64,000 bases of DNA from a virus (IMGVR_UViG_3300046534_001374:32001-96000), one strand, 5' to 3'; positions 1 through 7,265 are shown, numbered from the stretch's first letter. Numbers and translations are program-made. The notes: generated by a model from the letters alone, not told the origin.

Positions 1-259
1 AACCCGAAGGGACGTTAGAAACGCTTACAGACTCAGAGAGGGTCTTTGTTCTAACGTAACCCTTCTTCTCTTTGGATTTAATTTTAGATCTTAGCTTACT
101 TTCGCCTTGCCACGATCCTTTTTGTGGATTGGCATTTCCGACTCTGCCCCAACGAGCATCCCAGTGACCATCTTCATAGAGATCCACTTCATAAAATTTA
201 TTATTGTTAGCGACGATGGTGACGCAGATCAATCTGACTGTTTCTTTAATTTTGGACAT
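1..259 (-). CDS. WGR-domain protein, N-terminal part (possible PARP-like ADP-ribosyltransferase), runs off left edge
   Basis: Manual translation from ATG 259: MSKIKETVRLICVTIVANNNKFYEVDLYEDGHWDARWGRVG...KEKKGY; NNNKFY, WGRVG and KKGY are WGR hallmarks; not in ORF track. Confidence 0.8.
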   Translation of the reverse strand, partial: MSKIKETVRLICVTIVANNNKFYEVDLYEDGHWDARWGRVGNANPQKGSWQGESKLRSKIKSKEKKGYVRTKTLSESVSVSNVPSG

Positions 260-262
260 GGT

Positions 263-568
263 TTAAATTAATTGAATAGGTTTGTCGAATCGTTTCAAAA
301 TGTCAATGGCAGCACAGAGGCATCTCATTTCATGCTCCATACATACAACACGATCAAAGTGTTTATGGCCGACTTTTACGTCATCTTTTTTAAGCTCCTC
401 CTCATTTAGGATAATAAAATCCAGCCGCAATTGCTTTTTCTCATAATCTTCTTGCAATCTTGCGATTGGGTTGGTGAGGCATAAAGGATCTGTAGTAGCA
501 TCCTTAAATTGTTTAAGATCTATTTCGATAATGTCTGACATAAGTGTTACTCCTTTTTGTGTCCGCAT
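263..568 (-). CDS. hypothetical protein
   Basis: ORF in co-directional early cluster; start probably the internal Met (MSDII). Confidence 0.6.
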   Translation of the reverse strand: MRTQKGVTLMSDIIEIDLKQFKDATTDPLCLTNPIARLQEDYEKKQLRLDFIILNEEELKKDDVKVGHKHFDRVVCMEHEMRCLCAAIDILKRFDKPIQLI

Positions 569-837
569 GTTTTTATGATAAGCTTTTCTATTACTTTGTC
601 AAGATGTTTTTGGCAGAATTCTTGAACCCTTTTCAAGTCGCGATGGGTATGGATATAATCCTCTGAATCTTTAAACTTAAAACATCCTCGCCAACCATAT
701 TCAGTTGGCTTGATTGAGTAACTACTTTTTTCAAGCCAGTCTTGTTCACAGAAATATTCAACAACTTCCTCGGTTGTTTGTCCGTCTCCATTATCATCGA
801 TTGTTTTGGTTGGTTTTTTAAATTCTTTCCAGTTCAT
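547..837 (-). CDS. hypothetical protein
   Basis: ORF preceded by TTGACA-N17-TATTTT-N7-ATG. Confidence 0.7.
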   Translation of the reverse strand: MNWKEFKKPTKTIDDNGDGQTTEEVVEYFCEQDWLEKSSYSIKPTEYGWRGCFKFKDSEDYIHTHRDLKRVQEFCQKHLDKVIEKLIIKTCGHKKE

Positions 838-844
838 TTAAATT

Positions 845-873
845 AAAATACCCTAATTTGACACGTCTGTCAA
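845..873 (-). promoter_or_regulatory. sigma70-type early promoter, leaderless arrangement
   Basis: TTGACA-N17-TATTTT ending 7 nt before ATG 837. Confidence 0.65.
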
Positions 874-930
874 GCTCACATGTTAATTCATGTTCTCAAT
901 TTGAGCATCGTTGAGAGGCTTTAGGGGTTT

Positions 931-1016
931 TGGCAGAGCATAATGGAATTGAACCATGAACCTTTTAAAGTCCCCATAGTTTAGCAAACTACTTCGCCAC
1001 CTCGACGGTATGCTCT
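931..1016 (-). tRNA. tRNA-Ser(GCT)
   Basis: Acceptor AGAGCAT/ATGCTCT-G-CCA, loop TT-GCT-AA, long variable arm, TTCAATT T-loop, short D-loop. Confidence 0.85.
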
Positions 1017-1041
1017 TAAGGCGGGGAAGGCAAACTAAAAA

Positions 1042-1764
1042 TTATTTGCTATTCTCCTCAGATTTAGTTCGTTCTGTCAACAATTCAACTTTCGCCGTTA
1101 GTGTTGCTATTTTTTCTGCAATAACTACGGAATTCTCAACGTCTAAATTTTGTTGTATCTTGGCGAGATCTTGGTTTGCGGCATTCCACTCATCCCGTAT
1201 ATTACGGCTACCTTGTTCCTTGGTGTGTTCCAGCGCAAATAAATTCAGCCGTTCTAAGCTTCTTCTGAGGCTATCAACTTGATCCTTAAACATATCCCCT
1301 ATTTCTTCCTGATTCCTGTGCAATGATACGAGATCATGCTCGACGCCAACTAAACGTGACAATGTATTCGGGTGGCCGTCTAGGATGACATGTTTTTGTA
1401 TTTCTTCTTGTAAGGGCGAAACTAATAAAACAACTGCTGCCCAAAAAGCCGCAACAGCAACAACCCCTGCGGTGATAACTAAACTAACAACCGAGACCAA
1501 CATGCCCGCACCAATCTTGGTAGGCGCGGAATTCCTTTCAGAAAGAACGTCTTTAATATCCCTAAAACCTTCTGCTTGATGTTGTTGTAATAAAGTTTGT
1601 CCTATATTTAGGGATTTGATATCACCTTTAACTTCACTTATTGCAGATTGAAATTCGACCTGCAATCCACTGATATTTTTCTTAACACCCGCAATTTCGG
1701 AATCTACTTTCTGGAATCTCTCCGAAGTGTCGCTTGGTGTAGATTTTCTCGGGGCTGTGGGCAT
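1042..1764 (-). CDS. coiled-coil membrane protein (late)
   Basis: One long hydrophobic segment between coiled coils; TAAATA-N5-ATG. Confidence 0.7.
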   Translation of the reverse strand: MPTAPRKSTPSDTSERFQKVDSEIAGVKKNISGLQVEFQSAISEVKGDIKSLNIGQTLLQQHQAEGFRDIKDVLSERNSAPTKIGAGMLVSVVSLVITAGVVAVAAFWAAVVLLVSPLQEEIQKHVILDGHPNTLSRLVGVEHDLVSLHRNQEEIGDMFKDQVDSLRRSLERLNLFALEHTKEQGSRNIRDEWNAANQDLAKIQQNLDVENSVVIAEKIATLTAKVELLTERTKSEENSK

Positions 1765-1800
1765 GTATGTATTTATTTAAAATATACATCCGTTTAACCG

Positions 1801-1837
1801 TTTAGCGGGTATTATATAAAATATAATACCCGCTAAA
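1801..1837. repeat. perfect 17-bp inverted repeat (possible terminator or operator)
   Basis: tttagcgggtattatat-aaa-atataatacccgctaaa. Confidence 0.85.
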
Positions 1838-1950
1838 AATAACTAATTATACGTTACAGCCAGTATAGGTTTCGCTAATCTACCGATGGCGACAAAACGG
1901 CTTTTTCTAGTGGGTTCGCCTAGATCGGGACAACCTACTTCTAAGGTTTC

Positions 1951-2649
1951 TTATTTTGGGGAGTTTTGTTTCTCCAAATATGCACCATAAAGTTTATACA
2001 AATTGGGGCTTCTACCCTTTTCTGTCGAAACCAGACCGACAACTACTTGTCGATCATTTTGAATTTGTGTAAGTTTCTTCCCAGAATCACCACTAACAAA
2101 TCGTGTATCTTTAGTAGTGGACAGTCTAATTATATTTCCGCTCGTAACAGTCACATAATAACCCCGCCAAGGTCTGTCGGCAAATCTCTGTGCGGTTGTC
2201 GGGGTGTCGGGTAGCGCCTTCCCTATGGGCATTACTGAGTGGATTGATGTGTCCAGAGGTTCGTCGAAGGTTAGTATAGCTAGATCATAGCCTAAATCTT
2301 CCTTTGTAATAATATGCCTATAAGTGGTCACACCACCCCTACCGTCGAATCTAACACGTTGATTGGTTTTGATCGGCCAATGAGCGACGTGTAAAGATTG
2401 TTTAGGATTTACTAAAACCCCACCCAACTGAACTATATCTCCGGTAGTGTCAATATCGGGGATAAGTTCGGATTCGGTTGGAGCCTTGCTTTCTTTAAAA
2501 AGTTTATATAAACCAGCACCAATACCCAAACTAACAACACCTAATACACTGTATTTTGTTTTTTGTTCCGTGGTTAAAGGTTCTGAGGGACTACTCCCAC
2601 ACGAAGCCAACATTAATAAACACATAGCGTAAGAAAGTAATCTTTTCAT
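1951..2649 (-). CDS. trypsin-like (S1) serine protease lipoprotein
   Basis: Start re-assigned to 2649 (TAAATA-N5-ATG); lipobox LASC; triad motifs VAHW, DLAIL, GDSG; VVGLVS. Confidence 0.75.
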   Translation of the reverse strand: MKRLLSYAMCLLMLASCGSSPSEPLTTEQKTKYSVLGVVSLGIGAGLYKLFKESKAPTESELIPDIDTTGDIVQLGGVLVNPKQSLHVAHWPIKTNQRVRFDGRGGVTTYRHIITKEDLGYDLAILTFDEPLDTSIHSVMPIGKALPDTPTTAQRFADRPWRGYYVTVTSGNIIRLSTTKDTRFVSGDSGKKLTQIQNDRQVVVGLVSTEKGRSPNLYKLYGAYLEKQNSPK

Positions 2650-2769
2650 AATTGTATTTATGTGTGTTAATCCGAAATTTCTCATTTTTCTAGATATGCA
2701 ACATCCAGTTCTTTTTCATGGAATACGCCGTTGAGGTCTTGGTATTCTACATTTAAACCTGAATACCCG

Positions 2770-2865
2770 TATAAAGTTTCTGATAAAACTATCGCAAACT
2801 GGTGTAAAAGTTATGAACTCAAAAAGCCAACCAGAGGTTTTTGGGTCAAAGAAAATAATTCGTAG
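2770..2865 (+). pseudogene. C-terminal HTH remnant of a homing endonuclease
   Basis: YKVSDKTIANWCKSYELKKPTRGFW*, resembling the VSDxxxxKWCK...PxRGYW tail of phage HNH endonucleases; no ATG nearby. Confidence 0.5.
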
Positions 2866-2867
2866 TC

Positions 2868-2975
2868 GGTGCGCCCAATCAGATTCGAACTGATAACCTA
2901 GCCTTTATCCACGTAACACACTAAGATCAGTATGTTACGAAAGAGAAGCTTACTCTACCCTTGAGTTATAAGCGC
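2868..2975 (-). tRNA. tRNA (Ile-like, or Lys) with 34-nt hairpin insertion in the anticodon loop
   Basis: Acceptor GCGCTTA/TGGGCGC-A-CC, D arm ACTC/GAGT, anticodon stem AGCTT/AGGCT, T arm ATCAG-TTCGAAT-CTGAT; loop 41 nt instead of 7. Confidence 0.75.
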
Positions 2976-2982
2976 ATATTAT

Positions 2983-3073
2983 TGGCACAAGCAATAGGAT
3001 TCGAACCTACATAGTGTATTTCCAGTTACGGTATTTATTCACACTGCTTAGAAGGTAGGACCGATATACTTGC
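2983..3073 (-). tRNA. non-canonical tRNA-Arg(TCT), truncated D region with enlarged variable region
   Basis: GCAAGTA/TGCTTGT-G-CCA, loop CT-TCT-AA, T arm GTAGG-TTCGAAT-CCTAT; only 8 nt where the D arm should be. Confidence 0.7.
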
Positions 3074-3079
3074 TTAATT

Positions 3080-3120
3080 TGGTATTTTACAGGTCTACCT
3101 GCTTCTGACTATACCTAGCC
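3080..3120 (-). ncRNA. 41-nt pseudoknot-like mini-RNA, copy 1
   Basis: GGCTAGGTATAGTCAGAAGCAGGTAGACCTGTAAAATACCA; 38/41 identical to 7828-7868. Confidence 0.6.
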
Positions 3121-3128
3121 AATTTTTG

Positions 3129-3204
3129 ATGCGAGAGTTGGAATCGAACCAACGACACAACTATCTTCTCGATAGTTTGCTCTATCCAATTGAGCTATCT
3201 CGCA
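3129..3204 (-). ncRNA. tRNA-like RNA without a valid anticodon loop
   Basis: TGCGAGA/TCTCGCA acceptor, canonical D and T arms; anticodon arm is a 7-bp stem with GAGAA loop; no encoded CCA. Confidence 0.7.
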
Positions 3205-3210
3205 AACTGT

Positions 3211-3408
3211 TTACTCGTCCCAATCCGACCAAGCTGTGATGATACAAGTGGGCGAAACGACACCCAATGTATGGATAATCTCCCCTTTGTATGACTCTTC
3301 AAAATCACATTGGAATAATCGATATACATTCACTGCCCAACTGAAGGGGAAGAGGATGTAAAACACGATTATTAGGGTGGTGAGGATGGTTTTATATGTG
3401 GTGTCCAT
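3211..3408 (-). CDS. small membrane protein
   Basis: Hydrophobic segments; TTGATT-N16-TATAAT-N6-ATG. Confidence 0.7.
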   Translation of the reverse strand: MDTTYKTILTTLIIVFYILFPFSWAVNVYRLFQCDFEESYKGEIIHTLGVVSPTCIITAWSDWDE

Positions 3409-3445
3409 AATGGTATTATACTTTATTTTCTTAATTAATCAAGGA

Positions 3446-3739
3446 TTATTTGAAATATTTTACTGCTCGCTTTTCGAGGGCGTCATACGCCTCCAAAATA
3501 GGTTTCTTTCGTGATTCCAAATCCGGCTTTTCTTCTGAACGAGATTCGCCCAAAGCAAACTTGGCTCGATTAACCGCAATCGCGGTTCCAATTTTACGAT
3601 CAAAGCGATCACTCGAATCTGGATTCACCAAGGAATAACCAAATCCAAATTTACCATCTTGGTTTACCACTACCGCAACCCCAGTTGGGTTGTTATTTGA
3701 ATCTCGGATGAACGTCTTTAATACTGTATTTTCTGACAT
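3446..3739 (-). CDS. hypothetical phage protein
   Basis: TGGACA-N17-TAGAAT-N6-ATG. Confidence 0.7.
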   Translation of the reverse strand: MSENTVLKTFIRDSNNNPTGVAVVVNQDGKFGFGYSLVNPDSSDRFDRKIGTAIAVNRAKFALGESRSEEKPDLESRKKPILEAYDALEKRAVKYFK

Positions 3740-3881
3740 GTGAGTATTCTACTTTAGTTTTCGTTTTTTGTCCAGAACTATTTTGAAGAAATTATTTCCT
3801 TGGGGGGATTTTAACCCGCTCTTCTTTTCGAAGTTTCAGCACAGCGGGGTTTTATACCTGCTACGTTTAATGCTAAGGATT

Positions 3882-3958
3882 TGGCCCACCTAGAAGGATT
3901 TGAACCTTCGGCCTCCAAAGTTTCAATTTGGAACTCTACCAGACTGAGTTATAGGTGG
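3882..3958 (-). tRNA. tRNA-Phe(GAA)
   Basis: CCACCTA/TAGGTGG-G-CCA, CCAAA-TT-GAA-AC-TTTGG, canonical D and T arms. Confidence 0.9.
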
Positions 3959-3984
3959 TTTGTGATTGTTGGTTGTTGTTATTA

Positions 3985-4070
3985 TGGTGCATCAGGCGGG
4001 GGTCGAACCCGCATGCTCTAGGAGCGCGACCGTTTAAGGATCGAATGTATACCAATTCCATCACTGATGC
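3985..4070 (-). tRNA. tRNA-Leu(TAA)
   Basis: GCATCAG/CTGATGC-A-CCA, CT-TAA-AC, long variable arm. Confidence 0.9.
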
Positions 4071-4072
4071 GT

Positions 4073-4148
4073 TAGTAGTTTCCCCCAGATTCGAACTGAG
4101 AAACATCAGTTATTAACCGACTGCTTTACCTAATTTGCATAGGAAACT
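4073..4148 (-). tRNA. tRNA-Ile(AAT), atypical
   Basis: AGTTTCC/GGAAACT-A-CTA, GTCGG-TT-AAT-AA-CTGAT, CTCAG-TTCGAAT-CTGGG. Confidence 0.7.
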
Positions 4149-4151
4149 ATT

Positions 4152-4238
4152 TGGTGTGCATAATCGGACTCGAACCGATAAGGGATTACTCCCACTAGAA
4201 CCTAAACCTAGCGCGGTTACCATTTTCGCCACACGCAC
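4152..4238 (-). tRNA. tRNA-Leu(TAG)
   Basis: GTGCGTG/TATGCAC-A-CCA, TT-TAG-GT, long variable arm. Confidence 0.9.
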
Positions 4239-4294
4239 ATACCGTTGTTTTGTCAGACTGGGACAACGAGAAACCCTTTACATATTCATCTACC

Positions 4295-4933
4295 ACTGGT
4301 AGCGAACTAAGTTATTTTATAAATTTAATAAGACCTTTCTCCATTAACTCTTGGACTGTGGAAGTATCTTTCTTTTCATATACCGCAAACAACCAAGGCT
4401 TTTCGGTAATTGCCCGTTCTAAATCTGGGTCGTCATTATGTAATGATTGGATTTCGGGGGGTAGATCTCGAAACTCGGTCTTGGTGACATCGTTACGCTT
4501 CTTATAGTAATATTCCCACACTTTACTACTATCTTCTGTATTGGCACCACCAGTATGTCCATACATTAGAGTGGAAGAACCTATTTTATGTTTTTGGTAA
4601 GTTACCAGTTCCATTGCAATGTCGTATCCTAATGCGCCATAACCCTTACCCCTATAATTACCGTATGATCCTGTATGCCCATTCCAAAATCCATCAAATC
4701 TCGACTCCAGCCTCATAGAGAAAACTAAGTCTTTTTTTACTTTATTAAATATATCAAAATCCCACTGCTCCCTATTCGACGAATGTTGGTTCGCCATCCT
4801 AACGAAAATCCGAGTTTTTGGATCACTGTGTAATTCAGACACATCTGCCATACCTTCGGTTAAATCATGTAATAAAGTTTCAAAACGATCCATACATCTA
4901 CTTATCTGTTACACACTACTGGTAGCGAACTAA
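4295..4933. repeat. 16-bp direct repeats (4295-4310, 4918-4933) flanking ORF 4312-4893
   Basis: actggtagcgaactaa occurs at both positions. Confidence 0.85.
4312..4893 (-). CDS. GNAT-like acetyltransferase-fold protein (late, possibly virion-internal)
   Basis: YRGKGYGALGYDIAME resembles GNAT motif A; TAAGTA-N5-ATG. Confidence 0.55.
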   Translation of the reverse strand: MDRFETLLHDLTEGMADVSELHSDPKTRIFVRMANQHSSNREQWDFDIFNKVKKDLVFSMRLESRFDGFWNGHTGSYGNYRGKGYGALGYDIAMELVTYQKHKIGSSTLMYGHTGGANTEDSSKVWEYYYKKRNDVTKTEFRDLPPEIQSLHNDDPDLERAITEKPWLFAVYEKKDTSTVQELMEKGLIKFIK

Positions 4934-4936
4934 TTC

Positions 4937-5203
4937 TTATGGAAAGATCAAAGCAACTTTTCCGCTTTCGTGTTCTATTTTAAATTCTTCCCACTCTACT
5001 TCATCATCAAAACCAGCGTCATCGGCAGACCAATTTGGGTCGTATAGCTGGGCATCCCAACCAGAACTACCTTTAACATAAAAACATTCGGTATGGACAC
5101 CCGCAATAGTTTCATAACCATTACCTTCGGCATTCTTTTGGAGGATGATTTCCATATCGTCAGGGATATCTTTAATTTGTTCTTTTAGTTTTCCAATCGT
5201 CAT
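4937..5203 (-). CDS. hypothetical phage protein
   Basis: MTIGKLKEQIKDIPDDMEI...P architecture common among small phage proteins. Confidence 0.75.
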   Translation of the reverse strand: MTIGKLKEQIKDIPDDMEIILQKNAEGNGYETIAGVHTECFYVKGSSGWDAQLYDPNWSADDAGFDDEVEWEEFKIEHESGKVALIFP

Positions 5204-5456
5204 TATTTTATATTAACATTCCGATTATACTTTTCAAGTGTTTCTATAAAATGAATCTCACATTCGGACTATACCGCTCACATACATCGTAGACTTGAGA
5301 CCAATCTACGTGAGTTTTGAATTGTCGGAGATCAAGCCGACTCACATTAAATTTAAACTAGGTTAGCACGACACACTTTAGTTTTACGAACCACGACATC
5401 GTGCTGTCTCAGTCCACTTATGCGATCCCTATCTCAGGGGTATCCACCGTTTAAAT

Positions 5457-5529
5457 TGGTAGCTCGTCCGAGAATCGAACTCGGCTGGAAAGCATATGAA
5501 ACTTTCTACTTCACCTGAAGTAACGAGCA
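5457..5529 (-). tRNA. tRNA-Met(CAT) (or Ile2) with compact D-loop
   Basis: TGCTCGT/ACGAGCT-A-CCA, CTTC-AGGT-GAAG D arm, TT-CAT-AT loop, CCGAG-TTCGATT-CTCGG. Confidence 0.75.
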
Positions 5530-5532
5530 GTT

Positions 5533-5790
5533 TTAACCTGCATTAAAAGAACTACAAATAATTGTGCCTTCTTTTTGTCTTTGGTTTGCTTTACCTATAC
5601 ACTCAACTGTAATTGAATTCAGATCAGATGTCCAACCACAATTCCGATTGTGTGACATATCAGTGTCTTTATAGAATTCGTGATTAGGGTAATAAGTAAG
5701 TGCTTTTTGTTTTGATTTTGAAACTACGACAAAGGAATCATAACAGTCGTAACTTTTATTTTTATCTTGTTGGAGTAAGTAAATGTTCAT
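5533..5790 (-). CDS. hypothetical phage protein
   Basis: MNIYLL...YDSFVVV...SFNAG; TTGACA-N17-TAGTAT-N6-ATG. Confidence 0.75.
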   Translation of the reverse strand: MNIYLLQQDKNKSYDCYDSFVVVSKSKQKALTYYPNHEFYKDTDMSHNRNCGWTSDLNSITVECIGKANQRQKEGTIICSSFNAG

Positions 5791-5958
5791 GTTGGTATAC
5801 TACCGTGCTAATGAGAATTTGTCAAGCCAGTTTCTAAATTTATTCTCATCTTCGGTCAACCTAGAATCCTTAAAACATATGAAGCCCATACTCGTTTCTC
5901 ATCGAGTAATAACTCTAACGTATCTTCTGTATCAAACTCCAACGCTTCATATTTTGCA

Positions 5959-6228
5959 CTATAAATTCTCTGATATCTTAGGGGTTATGGCGGGAGGAAT
6001 CGGGACTTGAATCACCTTTGACTTGAAGTAGTTTGTTTTACCACAAACCACACAATCCCCTGTCCAATAGTCTCCATCTCTTTGAGTTGAAAATTGTTTT
6101 ACCTCATCCCCCTGTTCCGAATAGTGTTTTACCTCATCTTCTTCTGCCTCTAATTCAGACTTACATTTGTTGCAAGTGCATGTATATACAGTTTTGGAAA
6201 TATGCGTTCCTCTTTTGATTACTTTCAT
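5959..6228 (-). CDS. zinc-ribbon protein
   Basis: CNKC and CVVC pairs. Confidence 0.7.
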   Translation of the reverse strand: MKVIKRGTHISKTVYTCTCNKCKSELEAEEDEVKHYSEQGDEVKQFSTQRDGDYWTGDCVVCGKTNYFKSKVIQVPIPPAITPKISENL

Positions 6229-6277
6229 ATTGAATTGGTAGTGATGAATAACTCCTTAAAAAGCTAGGAGTATAGTT

Positions 6278-6367
6278 TGGCAGACTAGCATAGCATCGAA
6301 CTATTACCCCATCTCTGACGCACTATGCTTTTCAAGAGCATTTGAGGAGCCGACCTCAGACTAGTCC
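6278..6367 (-). tRNA. tRNA-Ser(TGA)
   Basis: GGACTAG/CTAGTCT-G-CCA, ATGCT-CT-TGA-AA-AGCAT, long variable arm. Confidence 0.85.
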
Positions 6368-6371
6368 ATTT

Positions 6372-7034
6372 TTAAATCTTTTTGATATACATTTGCCCCT
6401 TAATATTTTCGGGAACTCTCATTCCATACGTCATACTAAGAAAATCTCCCGAAAAATCATTAGGATGCATATACTTTATTCTGTGGATAAAATTCTTAAT
6501 GTAAAATTTGATACCAATACCGTCAATACTAACTCTGCATTCACCAATTCTATTCGGCTCTATCGCAAAGGTGGTTTTAATATCAGGATCAAATTGGCTA
6601 ACTATAGTATATCTTCCCGCATTCAAAAGGTTGAATATAATTCTCTTATGGATTTCTCTTTCTATCACAGGTAAAGCTCTATCGAACTTATTGTCACCAG
6701 AAGAAATTCTCCTGTTGCACATTTCCATACCGTCCACAATAAAGTCTGTGGTCATTTTGGTTTCGACATATGGTGCAAATACCACGCTATCCTTCAGATC
6801 TCGGGATAACATGCTGACAACATCATTCTGGTCTGTATAGTCTACGCGAGGAAGACAACTAGTGATGTTTGCCATACTTTTGGTTGAGTTGATTAAATCG
6901 ACCCACAAACCATAATCAAAAAATTTCTTGTGACTGAATATGGGTGACGGTTTGACACCGCCAATATTCAGTTTAGAATATGTTACTACTGGAGTAGCGA
7001 GGAGTAGTGTTGATAAAAAGGTTCGTTTTTTCAT
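6372..7034 (-). CDS. hypothetical protein with signal-like N-terminus
   Basis: 220-aa ORF, N-terminus MKKRTFLSTLLLA. Confidence 0.6.
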   Translation of the reverse strand: MKKRTFLSTLLLATPVVTYSKLNIGGVKPSPIFSHKKFFDYGLWVDLINSTKSMANITSCLPRVDYTDQNDVVSMLSRDLKDSVVFAPYVETKMTTDFIVDGMEMCNRRISSGDNKFDRALPVIEREIHKRIIFNLLNAGRYTIVSQFDPDIKTTFAIEPNRIGECRVSIDGIGIKFYIKNFIHRIKYMHPNDFSGDFLSMTYGMRVPENIKGQMYIKKI

Positions 7035-7040
7035 AAATGT

Positions 7041-7184
7041 ATGTTGTTTGATCCTAGTAAGGAGGAGTTACAGGAAAAAATTTCTAGTGGGCTACCTTTA
7101 ACTAAAATTGGTCAGTATTATGGTGTTTCGGTTAATGCTATCCGAAAACGTTGTAAAAAACTACAAATAAGTTTCAAAAGGTAG
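7041..7184 (+). CDS. stand-alone HTH (homing-endonuclease C-terminal type), 47 aa
   Basis: MLFDPSKEELQEKISSGLPLTKIGQYYGVSVNAIRKRCKKLQISFKR*; below ORF track cutoff. Confidence 0.55.
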   Translation: MLFDPSKEELQEKISSGLPLTKIGQYYGVSVNAIRKRCKKLQISFKR

Positions 7185-7186
7185 AT

Positions 7187-7262
7187 TGGCTCTAGATTGT
7201 GGTAACGCTCCACACGCTCTCTTCTTAACAGGAAGGCCCGTTCGCTTGCTCGGTCATCTAGA
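7187..7262 (-). tRNA. tRNA-Asn(GTT) with non-canonical D/T loops
   Basis: TCTAGAT/ATCTAGA-G-CCA, CT-GTT-AA, T-loop AGCGTTA, D-loop lacks GG. Confidence 0.75.
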
Positions 7263-7265
7263 ATT

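Noticed and set aside
3080-3120. 41-nt element as an HDV-like theta ribozyme or a fluoride riboswitch
   Set aside because: No P3/L3 or catalytic-C junction of HDV ribozymes; similar topology to the fluoride riboswitch but lacks its GAUG/UGAUG core.
5250-5450. Group I intron (GGACTG...TATAGTCC resembles P7)
   Set aside because: No interrupted exon and no recognisable P3-P6 core; kept only as an unknown structured RNA.
6235-6275. Hairpin ACTCCT/AGGAGT followed by ACTACCA as a tRNA remnant
   Set aside because: No T-loop or acceptor pairing; too little evidence.
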